The notes beneath the pieces were generated by a model, which saw only the letters and a list, made by a program, of their open reading frames with translations, was not told the origin of the DNA and did not search any database. A program made the position numbers and the translations under genes. DNA of 27,411 nucleotides from Candidatus Bathyarchaeia archaeon (GTDB lineage Archaea > Thermoproteota > Bathyarchaeia > Bathyarchaeales > Bathycorpusculaceae), in the NCBI GenBank assembly GCA_050015395.1, contig JBEKBM010000030.1:1-27411 (forward strand), given 5' to 3'. Shown piece by piece: positions 1 through 8,407 of the stretch. Position 1 is the stretch's first letter; every line of letters begins with the position of its first letter.

Positions 1-1564
1 CGAAAACTTTAGCTCCTGAAATACGTAAATCGCGGCTGGCTTCTGCTGCTGGAACAGACCCCATTTCAAAAAGTAACTGCTTAACTCTATCAGGATTTAC
101 GCCAACAGCTATGGAAGCTGACAGCGCTAAATTCTTGACTAAGCCACAATTAGAGCCTTCAGGAGTTTCGTTTGGACACAAACGTCCCCAATGGGTTGGG
201 TGTAAGTCTCTGGCTTCAAAGTTAGGTTGGCTTCTGCTCAATGGCGACTGAAGCCTACGCAAGTGGCTTAATGTTGAGATGTAGTTTGTTCGGTCTAAAA
301 GCTGGGTGATGCCGACTCTGCCTCTTCCCCAGTTGCCCGTTGCCAACGCATGCTGAAAACGTTCAGTTATTATGCCGGGGCGAACTGCGGCTGAAACGGT
401 TATGATTGGGCCTTTAACACCTATGCGTTCAAGCTGGTACTTTATGTCTCTGGTTAAGTTTCTGAATGATACGCGGAAGAGGTCTGCTAGAAGTGGACCA
501 CCGAGGCGCAAACGTTTGTTCTTGAAATGGTCTTTATCGTCAGGTTGCCTTCTACCTGTTTTCAACTGTAGAACACGGTATGCCATTTCTCCTAGGAAAA
601 TTGCTTTTTCCTTTCGGTTCTTTTCGCTTCTGCCTAAGTGGGGCAGGAAGTTTTTGTCGAGGGCGGTCTCAGCTTTTTGTAAGCGGTACTCTTCGACTTG
701 TCCGTGGGCTACACGGTTGCCAATGAATAGGATTGCGTCTGCAGGTGTGTCTACACCTATGGCTTTTTCAAATGAAGCGGCTAATTGGCTTTGCATTTCG
801 CTGTCAAGCGAGACTGCTTCTGCAATATCTTTGTCTTTTTCTAGGCTTAAGGCGCGCATTATGACAACGAACGGGATTTCTGTCGGTACTCCGGGCATGG
901 TGACGTAGATGGCGTCGTCTGATTTGAGTTTAAGTTCGATTCTTGCCCTGAAGCCGACGGTGGTTGAGAAAATTTTTGCTTGATAAACTGGTGAGGTCCC
1001 TTTCTCGTCTATGTCTACAATTACGCGGTTAGGCGCCAAGTCTTCCATAGCGACAATGACGCGTTCAGAACCGTTAACAACAAAGTATCCGCCCTGATCA
1101 TCGGGATCTTCTCCAGCAGCAATAAGTTCTTCCTCTGAAAGCTGGGATAAGAAGCAAAGTTTCGATTTAAGCATTACAGGAATGTTGCCGATGTAAACTA
1201 GTTCGGTGTCTTGCTCTCTTCCATCGATGACAGGGGTCATTTCCAAAGCTATAGGCGCCGAGTACGCTAAGTTGCGCAGTCGGGCTTCCATCGGGTAAAT
1301 TTCATGTTTTGTACCGTCTACCTCGGTTACGTACGGGCTGGTTATTCTTGATTGAGGGTCAATTACCCATATTTGCCCAAGTTTTACTTTGTATGGGTTT
1401 TCTGGAACTTCAATGGGGATTTCTGCGACTTCATCAACTACTTCTTGTAAGCCGTGGTCGATGAACTCGTTGTAACTGTCAAGGTGTTGGCGCACTAAGC
1501 CTTTCTCTTTGAAAAAAGTTTTCAATAACTCATGAATATCTTCTTTTTGTATGAGGCTGGTCAA
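1..1564 (-). CDS. rpoB: DNA-directed RNA polymerase subunit B (Rpo2), 5' portion; runs off the window edge
   Basis: Not in the ORF track (no stop in window). Manual translation from TTG at 1564 gives MTSLIQKEDIHELLKTFFKEKGLVRQHLDSYNEF...YPMEARLRNLAYSAP...GGYFVVNGSERVIVAMEDLAPNR...EARDLHPTHWGRLCPNETPEGSNCGLVKNLAL, all hallmark RpoB motifs. The frame appears to continue past the usual euryarchaeal B''/B' split point. Confidence 0.97.
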   Translation of the reverse strand, partial: MTSLIQKEDIHELLKTFFKEKGLVRQHLDSYNEFIDHGLQEVVDEVAEIPIEVPENPYKVKLGQIWVIDPQSRITSPYVTEVDGTKHEIYPMEARLRNLAYSAPIALEMTPVIDGREQDTELVYIGNIPVMLKSKLCFLSQLSEEELIAAGEDPDDQGGYFVVNGSERVIVAMEDLAPNRVIVDIDEKGTSPVYQAKIFSTTVGFRARIELKLKSDDAIYVTMPGVPTEIPFVVIMRALSLEKDKDIAEAVSLDSEMQSQLAASFEKAIGVDTPADAILFIGNRVAHGQVEEYRLQKAETALDKNFLPHLGRSEKNRKEKAIFLGEMAYRVLQLKTGRRQPDDKDHFKNKRLRLGGPLLADLFRVSFRNLTRDIKYQLERIGVKGPIITVSAAVRPGIITERFQHALATGNWGRGRVGITQLLDRTNYISTLSHLRRLQSPLSRSQPNFEARDLHPTHWGRLCPNETPEGSNCGLVKNLALSASIAVGVNPDRVKQLLFEMGSVPAAEASRDLRISGAKVF

Positions 1565-1565
1565 T

Positions 1566-1697
1566 TTACCAATTCTCCATAAATTTTAAGTTTTTGTGAT
1601 TAGCTAAGCTCGTTTCTTTCAAACTTTCAACTCCTTCGATATGGGGATCATCCAACTTGAAAAAGGATTCTGCTGACTTTTCTAAGAGCACAAACAC
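1566..1697 (-). CDS. possible 43-aa small ORF directly upstream of rpoB
   Basis: GTG...TAA, VFVLLEKSAESFFKLDDPHIEGVESLKETSLANHKNLKFMENW; stop is 1 nt before the rpoB start. No homology recognised. Confidence 0.2.
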   Translation of the reverse strand: MFVLLEKSAESFFKLDDPHIEGVESLKETSLANHKNLKFMENW

Positions 1698-1909
1698 ATG
1701 CTACATAGCTCTCTAATAAACCTTATTATGCATATTCAGGCTAAAATGAAGGACTGATAAACTTTCATAGAGCCAAAGCTTCAAAAAAACTTTGCGGTTC
1801 CGCCGTTGCATGAAGTAAAATGCGAAAGAAACGCAAAAACGAAGCGTAACCTGAAAAATGGTTTTGCCAGAATGCAATTTAAGAAAGCGGGTTATCTAAA
1901 CAGATTTTT

Positions 1910-1946
1910 AAGTTGCGACTTTGCGGTTTTGTAAAGTTGCGACTTT
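1910..1946. repeat. two copies of near-palindromic AAGTTGCGACTTT, 24 bp apart
   Basis: Exact 13-mers at 1910-1922 and 1934-1946; AAGTTGCGACTT is self-complementary except for one pair. Confidence 0.75.
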
Positions 1947-2006
1947 TAGCTTATCTAATTAGCCCACTACGAGGTAAAGTCGAATAAAAAGTTACATTTA
2001 AGTCGT

Positions 2007-2363
2007 CTAACTGATTATTCGTATTTTCCTTTGTGTTATAATAATGAGTTGGTTGTGAGTTTTCTTCAGGTTTATTTTTTCGTGCGCTCGACTTAGTGTT
2101 TCGAGAATCGCAGCGGGGGTTGAGTGGCTCACTCTTATGACTATAATGCTGAGCGTGCCTTTTGGGGAGTTATGATAAATTTGGGCAAAGTCAGTATCAA
2201 GCGTAAGAATAGTCATATCGTTTTTTGCTGCGTATTCCGCTATTTCTTGGTCTTTTGCACCTTTAAGGTTAGTATCAGAGACGTTGATTGTATCAAAACC
2301 TTGCTTCTTGAGCCATTCCCTGACGTTTCTTGTTACACTTTCGTCAACGAGCATATGAGGCAA
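2007..2363 (-). CDS. DUF5615 family PIN-like protein (VapC45-like putative toxin)
   Basis: LVDE..., GAKDQEIAEYAAKNDMTILTLDTDF motif; directly downstream of DUF433, its usual partner. Confidence 0.88.
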   Translation of the reverse strand: MPHMLVDESVTRNVREWLKKQGFDTINVSDTNLKGAKDQEIAEYAAKNDMTILTLDTDFAQIYHNSPKGTLSIIVIRVSHSTPAAILETLSRAHEKINLKKTHNQLIIITQRKIRIIS

Positions 2364-2378
2364 GTATTTGCACCCAGA

Positions 2379-2606
2379 TTACATGGTAACTGTAACTTCT
2401 CGATCAAGACATTTTGAAGCGTAAAGAAGGGCAGCTTTAATGTCCTCTCTCTTAAGTGTGGGGTACTGGTCGAGAATCTCTTCTTGGGTCAATCCGTTAG
2501 CTAGAAATTCGATTATGAGATAAACTGGAATCCGCGTACCCTTTATGACTGGCTTCCCTACCAGAATCTCAGGGTCAACAACAATCCTGTCCATTAGCTT
2601 CTCCAT
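2379..2606 (-). CDS. DUF433 domain protein (putative antitoxin)
   Basis: IVVDPEILVGKPVIKGTRIPV...YPTLKREDIKAALLYA signature. Confidence 0.93.
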   Translation of the reverse strand: MEKLMDRIVVDPEILVGKPVIKGTRIPVYLIIEFLANGLTQEEILDQYPTLKREDIKAALLYASKCLDREVTVTM

Positions 2607-2860
2607 TCATCAGCCACCAATAAGAGTCTTAACGCATAATTATAAGTCCTCGACATATTATAAATTATTCCTAAGAAAAGTCGTCAAAATAGAATACATA
2701 GCCCCCACCAAAATAGGAAACGCCCAAGCATACAAGTTCCTAGTCGAAAACCACCTAAGTGGATTACTATCCTGCGGCGCTGAATTTCAAAGAAACCGAA
2801 CAGACATTTGAACGAAATCTAACGTTATCACGCCGACATATCAATTGGATGTCTCTTGTT

Positions 2861-3262
2861 TTAAGTAGTCAACACAAGCTTGCCACTCGCCCGATTTCCA
2901 AAGTTGCCTATTTTCTTGTTTATAATCGGTAGAAGGCATGGATCTGTTTCGAAGCCTATGCTGTTTCGTTCGTTCTGCATGGCTATTTTTGCTGTTGTGC
3001 CTGGGCCCAGAAACGGGTCTAGTACTGTGTCGCCTTTGATGCTGAACATTTTGATAAGGCGGTCGGCGATTTCGTCGGGGTAGGCTGCCGTTCTTCGTTC
3101 CAACTGGCTTGCGGTTTGGCGTGTTCCCTTCAGCGTCCAGATTTGACTGAACCATTCGTCACGCTATGGCTTGGTGAATTTGCTGTCGTATCGTGTTTGG
3201 TCGTGGGGTGGAAATTTGCGGAGACTGCCTTTCCTGAAAAGGAGAATGAATTCGTGATACTG
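2861..3262 (-). pseudogene. 5'-truncated beta-class N4-C/N6-A DNA methyltransferase with an in-frame stop
   Basis: Frame reads HEFILLFRKG...KFTKP*RDEWFSQIWTLKG...AAYPDEIADRLIKMFSIKGDTVLDPFLGPGTT...NSIGFE. TAG at 3164-3166; upstream TAA at 3263-3265; the catalytic SPPY half is absent. Confidence 0.85.
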
Positions 3263-3460
3263 TTAAGTTCTTTTGTCATGGACATGGCAGAGCTCTTGTT
3301 AAAACGCTTTAATCTTGTCTATTTGTATGTTATTTATGCATTTTCTAGTTTATCTAGCAAAAGCTCAGATAGTAATACACAATCTTTTAAAGTTTTTATA
3401 TCTATTTCTAGCAATTTAGACACGAACGATTCGACAATACTTATCTAGAATTTATGCATA

Positions 3461-4462
3461 TTGTTCTTTATGCTTGAACAACCAACAACTGAGCTTAATT
3501 CTAGTTTTATCCCTAACTCAGTTCACAAGATTTATTTCAAAGATTCTCAATGTATGAAAGAGGTATTAGACAAAAATGTCCATCTCGTAGTGACCTCGCC
3601 GCCTTATTGGAACATAAAAGACTATGGGCATCCAGAGCAAATAGGCTACAGAGATGATTTGGAAGAATACCTTGCAAAACTCGATAATGTATGGTCTGAA
3701 TGTATCCGTGTGCTTGCGCCAGGTTGCAGATTATGCATTAACATCGGCGACCAATACCTAAGGGCAAACAGCACCGAAAACAAACCATACCAGATAATTC
3801 CATTACACGCCTATTTAGTGAATCATATAATGCAACGGCATATTGATAACGTAATTTACCTTGGAAGCATAATTTGGAACAAAATTCCAACAACAAAAAC
3901 AAGTGGTGGTGCAAGCGTTATGGGTTCTTACGGCTTCCCTCGAAACGGCTACGTAAGTTACAATTATGAATACATTGCCATTTTTAAGAAAAAAATAGGA
4001 AAAGGCGAAACCGAACCTAAACCAAAGCCAGAAATCAAACAAAAGGCATTCATAAACCTCTCACAGTGGAGGGAACTATTTAACGGAATATGGAGTTTTA
4101 ATGATAAATCAGACACCGAACAAAAGGCATCCATAAATCAATCACAGTTGATAGAAGATTTTAATATAATCTGGAGTTTTAATGGCGCTAGACAAGTTAA
4201 CCACGTAGCCACGTTCCCAGATGAATTGCCAAAACGACTGATGCAAATGTTCACTTATGAAGGAGATACCGTTCTCGATCCATTTCTAGGAAGTGGAACA
4301 ACAACGAAAGTAGCCTTAGAACTTGGACGTAACAGTATAGGCTATGAGATTGGGTTTAAATCGCCAAACTTAGATGACACAATAAAAGTAATAAAAGAAA
4401 AAATACATTTTGATGATGTTCCTACAGAATTGCGGAAGAAAGTTTTTCCCACTCTTTCTTAG
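3461..4462 (+). CDS. site-specific DNA methyltransferase, beta class (N4-cytosine/N6-adenine)
   Basis: Motif IV VVTSPPYW precedes motif I DPFLGSGTT; HVATFPDELPKRL and RNSIGYE present. ATG at 3470 is an alternative start. Confidence 0.93.
   Translation: MFFMLEQPTTELNSSFIPNSVHKIYFKDSQCMKEVLDKNVHLVVTSPPYWNIKDYGHPEQIGYRDDLEEYLAKLDNVWSECIRVLAPGCRLCINIGDQYLRANSTENKPYQIIPLHAYLVNHIMQRHIDNVIYLGSIIWNKIPTTKTSGGASVMGSYGFPRNGYVSYNYEYIAIFKKKIGKGETEPKPKPEIKQKAFINLSQWRELFNGIWSFNDKSDTEQKASINQSQLIEDFNIIWSFNGARQVNHVATFPDELPKRLMQMFTYEGDTVLDPFLGSGTTTKVALELGRNSIGYEIGFKSPNLDDTIKVIKEKIHFDDVPTELRKKVFPTLS
4040..4184 (+). repeat. 81-bp-period (27 aa) diverged tandem duplication inside the methyltransferase
   Basis: CAAAAGGCAT at 4040 and 4121; TGGAGTTTTAATG at 4091 and 4172; protein QKAFINLSQWRELFNGIWSFN vs QKASINQSQLIEDFNIIWSFN. 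Confidence 0.9.
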
Positions 4463-4488
4463 AAGCGTAAAATCGTTTTAGAAAACAG

Positions 4489-4515
4489 AAATGCCTCACC
4501 ACATGGTGGGCATTT
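4489..4515. terminator. hairpin followed by a T-rich tract between convergent genes; possible terminator
   Basis: AAATGCC-T-CACC ACAT GGTG-GGCATTT, then TATTT. Confidence 0.4.
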
Positions 4516-4610
4516 TATTTCCAAATAGCGCCGAATCAGCAAATTCGCCTCTATTTTTATCTCTGAGCCAGAAGTGTCACATAAGAAATGAATCTTCTCC
4601 TGCTTAGTCA

Positions 4611-4964
4611 TTAAATTTCCTCCTCATTTCCAACGAAATCTTGTTTATAGTAGTTTTCAAAGTATACAATAGCTCGTGCTTTTCGAGTTGTTATCCCATT
4701 TGCTCTCCTATCAAGCATTTTTGCGTAATCGTTAAGTTCCTTTTGATTTTCAATTATGAAATAACCGCCATTGTCTAGTGCTCCAATTGGCAACTGTTTA
4801 TTCTTCATCAGTTTTCTAATCAACATTCGGGTGTTGATGAAGGTATCATTATCGCGTATGCCCACTTTTTTAGAAATTTCACGAGCGGTAATTCGGTTCT
4901 TTTTTCCTATTCGTTTAAGCAGAATTGCTTCAATTTCTGCCATTTCTTTTTCTTCGCGTTCCAT
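4611..4964 (-). CDS. winged helix-turn-helix-like DNA-binding protein
   Basis: RITAREISKKVGI...TRMLIRKLMKNKQLPIGA...GGYFII pattern. ATG at 4964 is preferred because GAGGTGAT (4969-4976) matches the anti-SD. Confidence 0.65.
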   Translation of the reverse strand: MEREEKEMAEIEAILLKRIGKKNRITAREISKKVGIRDNDTFINTRMLIRKLMKNKQLPIGALDNGGYFIIENQKELNDYAKMLDRRANGITTRKARAIVYFENYYKQDFVGNEEEI

Positions 4965-5122
4965 TTTTATCACCTCGATGATAGTCATTGTATACTGTAT
5001 GCGTTTTACCTTTTTGGTGCATTTCCTTGCGGTAGCAGAAAATGATTAATATGATGGAATAAAGTATTGGGGAAACCCAAAATAGCCAAGCCGAGTTTAA
5101 TCTTATTGTAAAGTGAATCAAA

Positions 5123-6910
5123 ATGACCAGCCTTCAACAGGAAATAACATGGGATCTAACGGAACTTTTCCCCAGCATCAACGACGCATCCGTTGAAAAA
5201 GCAATTAATGAAACTAAAGCTTTGGCGGACGTTTTCGAGAAGTCATACCGAGGAAAAATAGCCTCCCTTGACCCCGCCAGCCTGCTGCGGTGCATCCGAG
5301 AACTGGAGGCTTTTGAAGTTAAGCTGGGCGACGTATCGCTTTTTGCAGGCTTGTCTTTTTCTGCTAACATGACGCTGCCCCAGGCGCAGGCGCTCTACGA
5401 CAGGGTGAGCAAGTTTGAGGCGCAGCTGGGTAAGCAGCTGGCTTTCTTTTCGCTGGAACTCGGCGCGCTCGTTAAAGCCAAACCCGAAATTGTTGCGGAG
5501 CCAGTTTTGGCTGGGTACCGTCATATGCTTGAGCGTGTCCAACGGCGGGTAACCCACCAGTTGACGGAGGTGGAGGAGCAGATTATCATCGAAAAGGACC
5601 AGTTCGGCGTCCAAGCTTGGGAGGAACTACAGAGCAAATGGCTCAACACCCGCCTCTTCGACGTTGTAGTCCTGGGCGAAAAAAAGACGCTTAGTTACGG
5701 CGTAGCGAACGGGTTGCTGCCTCATCCTGATAGAGCAACAAGGGAATCCGCGAACCGCGCGATTTACGGCTTGCTTGGCAGAGACGGTGAAATCTTCGCT
5801 TCAGCCCTGCGCAGTATCTGCAACGACTGGGTCACCGTTTCACAGCGCAGAAAATACGCATCGCCTATGGAGCCGAGCCTCATAAGCAATGATACCGAAC
5901 AGGCAATAGCTGAGAATTTGCTCGGGGCAATACAGGACAACGCGGGCACATATCGCCGTTATCTGAAACTGAAAGCTAGACTCATGAGCCTGCCCATTCT
6001 GGGAAACCATGACATCGTCGCGCCCCTGCCAGATGCACCTGAGTTAAAATTCACCTTTGAAGAAGCAAAAAGCCTCGTTACACGGGCATACAGCCGCTTT
6101 GACCCTGAATACGCCACCGCGGTTCAGGAAATGTTTGCGAAACGCCGCATCGACGCCACGCCCAGATTTGGCAAACGCAACGGTGCCTTCTGTGCAAGCT
6201 GGTACAAAGGCAAATCCGCCTTCATCCTCGACAGCTTCAACGGCACCTTAAACGATGTCTACACGTTAGCACACGAGTTGGGACACGCCACCCATGACTA
6301 CTATGTCTCCCGCAGCCAAACCCTCATGAACACAAGCATCCCGTCTATTGTGGCGGAGACTGCGTCGATTTTCGGCGAGCTCTTGCTTACGGACCTGCTG
6401 CTGGACGAGGCAAAGTCGGATGCGCAACGCAAAGCCGTTCTCTGCTTAGTTCTCGATGAGGCAGGCATGACAACGTTCCAAGTCACCGCTCGTGTATGGT
6501 TTGAGCAGGCACTCTACGCCTCCATTCAGCAGGGAGAATACCTGGATTACAAGACCATCTGCAGCCACTGGACCCGGGCGCGGGACCGCATCTACGGCAA
6601 CGCAGTCACATGGTTCCCCGAAATGGAAGCCGAATGGACAATGAAACCGCACTATTACATGGCGAACTACCGCTTCTACAACTACCCCTACGTCTACGCC
6701 CAAATGTTCGTTTACGCCCTCTACGAGCGGTACCTGCAGGAGGGCAAGACGTTTGTGCCTAAACTGGAGAAGGCGTTGTCGGCGGGCAGCAGCATATCGC
6801 CACTGGAAATCGGTAAAATCGTCGGCTTAAACGTGGCAGCACCCGACTTCTGGAACTACGGTTTAAAAGTGTTTGAACGCTTCATCGTTGACTTAGAGAA
6901 AATTATCTGA
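5123..6910 (+). CDS. pepF: M3B family oligoendopeptidase F
   Basis: WDLTELFP N-terminus, GKRNGAFC, zinc motif TLAHELGHATH, AETASIFGE, PHYY..FYNYPY. Confidence 0.93.
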   Translation: MTSLQQEITWDLTELFPSINDASVEKAINETKALADVFEKSYRGKIASLDPASLLRCIRELEAFEVKLGDVSLFAGLSFSANMTLPQAQALYDRVSKFEAQLGKQLAFFSLELGALVKAKPEIVAEPVLAGYRHMLERVQRRVTHQLTEVEEQIIIEKDQFGVQAWEELQSKWLNTRLFDVVVLGEKKTLSYGVANGLLPHPDRATRESANRAIYGLLGRDGEIFASALRSICNDWVTVSQRRKYASPMEPSLISNDTEQAIAENLLGAIQDNAGTYRRYLKLKARLMSLPILGNHDIVAPLPDAPELKFTFEEAKSLVTRAYSRFDPEYATAVQEMFAKRRIDATPRFGKRNGAFCASWYKGKSAFILDSFNGTLNDVYTLAHELGHATHDYYVSRSQTLMNTSIPSIVAETASIFGELLLTDLLLDEAKSDAQRKAVLCLVLDEAGMTTFQVTARVWFEQALYASIQQGEYLDYKTICSHWTRARDRIYGNAVTWFPEMEAEWTMKPHYYMANYRFYNYPYVYAQMFVYALYERYLQEGKTFVPKLEKALSAGSSISPLEIGKIVGLNVAAPDFWNYGLKVFERFIVDLEKII

Positions 6911-6979
6911 GGCAAAGCAACGAAGCGGCAAATGATTAATAAGAAAGAATACGGAAAAGTCTGTAGCCCATAAACGTGT

Positions 6980-7100
6980 GCTGCGGTAACCAAGCCAGGT
7001 CAAAGGTGAAGGACTCAAGATCGACGCTTTGACTTGAGCGCCCAGATGGGAAATCCTTTCCCGCAGGGGTTCGCAGGTTCGAATCCTGCCCGCAGCACCA
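6980..7100 (+). tRNA. tRNA-Leu(CAA) with a 33-nt intron (7020-7052) at position 37/38 and encoded CCA
   Basis: Acceptor stem GCTGCGG/CCGCAGC-A-CCA; anticodon stem AAGGA/TCCTT; CAA at 7016-7018; long variable arm; T arm GCAGG-TTCGAAT-CCTGC; BHB from AGA bulge, CTCA/TGGG helix and AAA bulge. Confidence 0.95.
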
Positions 7101-7187
7101 TGCAATCATTAAGCAATCTTTACCTTTTTAGGGAAATTTTAATACTGCACAAGCCTGTAAATAAGGAGAGTAACTTGGTGACTAGAG

Positions 7188-7418
7188 TTGGTTGAAGCTG
7201 TCTTCACGGATGAGGATAAGAAAAACCTCAAAGTCATAGCTGAGGAACTGCCAAAACTCCGCTCGCTTGTCGAGGAGCTTATGGAAACTGTTGAAATTCT
7301 AAGTGACGAGAGACTGCTGAAAAGTATTAAGGCAAGCCTGAAGGACCTTCAAGAAAACAAAGTGCTTAGCTTTAAGGAAGTTTTAGGCGAACTGAGCGTA
7401 GATGAAAAAGAAATTTGA
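7188..7418 (+). CDS. putative antitoxin of a RelBE-like pair
   Basis: Small helical protein with ETVEILSDERLLKSIK, resembling Phd/YefM-type C-terminal toxin-binding segments; overlaps the downstream toxin. Confidence 0.7.
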   Translation: MVEAVFTDEDKKNLKVIAEELPKLRSLVEELMETVEILSDERLLKSIKASLKDLQENKVLSFKEVLGELSVDEKEI

Positions 7419-7659
7419 GCTATTATTCACTAGGGAATTTCTAAAACGATTGAAGCGCTTTGATAGGCAAACTCAAATTAGAGTACTTAGAGAGCTGAGG
7501 ATTCTAGAGGAACAGCCTTTTGCAGGTAAACAGTTAGTAGGACGTCTAAGTGAGCTTAAGTCCCTTCGAATAGGGGAATACAGAGTAATCTATCAACGGT
7601 CTAAGCAGACAATTATTATTCGAACCATTGGTCACCGCAAAAAAGTCTACGATAAATAA
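7402..7659 (+). CDS. relE: RelE/ParE family toxin
   Basis: Basic 85-aa protein with GKQLVG...SLRIGEYRVIY...IRTIGHRKKVY. Confidence 0.9.
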   Translation: MKKKFELLFTREFLKRLKRFDRQTQIRVLRELRILEEQPFAGKQLVGRLSELKSLRIGEYRVIYQRSKQTIIIRTIGHRKKVYDK

Positions 7660-7702
7660 AGCAGTAAATTCCTGAAATTTGAAAAAGCATTTTCTTATTT
7701 CA

Positions 7703-8119
7703 TTAAATTATTTTTTTTATAAATATGACTTCTTCAAGGTCCCGGAAATGCTCATCTCCAGTCACTACTTTTCCCTTAACACTTCTCGCCGTGCAAAGAA
7801 CTATTGAATCCGCTAATCTCCAATCTTTCGCTTTCTTTTTCATTTCACAATCCGTTTTGCCTGCTGTAACTGCAAGTTCGAAATCCAGCTCTGTTACCTG
7901 GCTGGTTGCGCTTATGAATTCTAGGCGCTTTAGTCTTCCGTCAGGGGTCTCGTTTCCAAGCTCTATTTCTTTTTGCAGTTTCCTGCTTATTTCTGAAATA
8001 ACAATTGTTGGAGTTATTGAATCAGGGCTCTCTATGTATTTTTTTGCAAGTTCCCCGTATTCTGAGGCTCTAAAGTACTCTATCCAAGCGTAAGCATCAA
8101 TAACGTACTTAGAGGTCAT
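7703..8119 (-). CDS. vapC: VapC family PIN-domain toxin
   Basis: VIDAYAWIEY, TIVISEI, LADSIVL, VVTGDEHF acidic PIN motifs. Start MTSK (8119) is preferred over 8137. Confidence 0.9.
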   Translation of the reverse strand: MTSKYVIDAYAWIEYFRASEYGELAKKYIESPDSITPTIVISEISRKLQKEIELGNETPDGRLKRLEFISATSQVTELDFELAVTAGKTDCEMKKKAKDWRLADSIVLCTARSVKGKVVTGDEHFRDLEEVIFIKKII

Positions 8120-8309
8120 GGAATTCGGCCTCATCACGTCCTGAAAAAGGCTTTAATTTACGGTTTGATCCAAACATGGAGCAAGGAATTTTTTTCCTTT
8201 CTAAAATTAACGTTTTTATAACTTGGTCGTGGCTACTTGCGTTCATTTCTTTCTTGATTTTGTTAAGCATTTGAAGAGTTTTTTCGTCCACTTGTACGGT
8301 TGTCGGCAA
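8109..8309 (-). CDS. VapB-type antitoxin (RHH-like)
   Basis: From TTG at 8309: MPTTVQVDEKTLQMLNKIKKEMNASSHDQVIKTLI; overlaps vapC; GGGGA SD-like sequence upstream. Confidence 0.75.
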   Translation of the reverse strand: MPTTVQVDEKTLQMLNKIKKEMNASSHDQVIKTLILERKKIPCSMFGSNRKLKPFSGRDEAEFHDL

Positions 8310-8407
8310 AACCAGTTCCCCGCTGCATATAACTATAACTATAGATAATATAAGACTTACTTCCAATAAACGCAGGTCAGCAAGCACCATTCAAACTGTT
8401 AATCAAG

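Noticed and set aside
372-908. 178-aa plus-strand ORF
   Set aside because: Antisense shadow of rpoB.
3164-3166. In-frame TAG as possible pyrrolysine or read-through codon
   Set aside because: The gene also lacks its catalytic N-terminal half and no pyl genes are in the window; decay is the simpler explanation.
2841-3448. ORFs 2841..3155 (-), 2880..3083 (+) and 3116..3448 (+)
   Set aside because: Alternative-frame or antisense shadows of the MTase pseudogene and its junction; no recognisable motifs.
6893-7105. 70-aa minus-strand ORF
   Set aside because: Antisense to tRNA-Leu.
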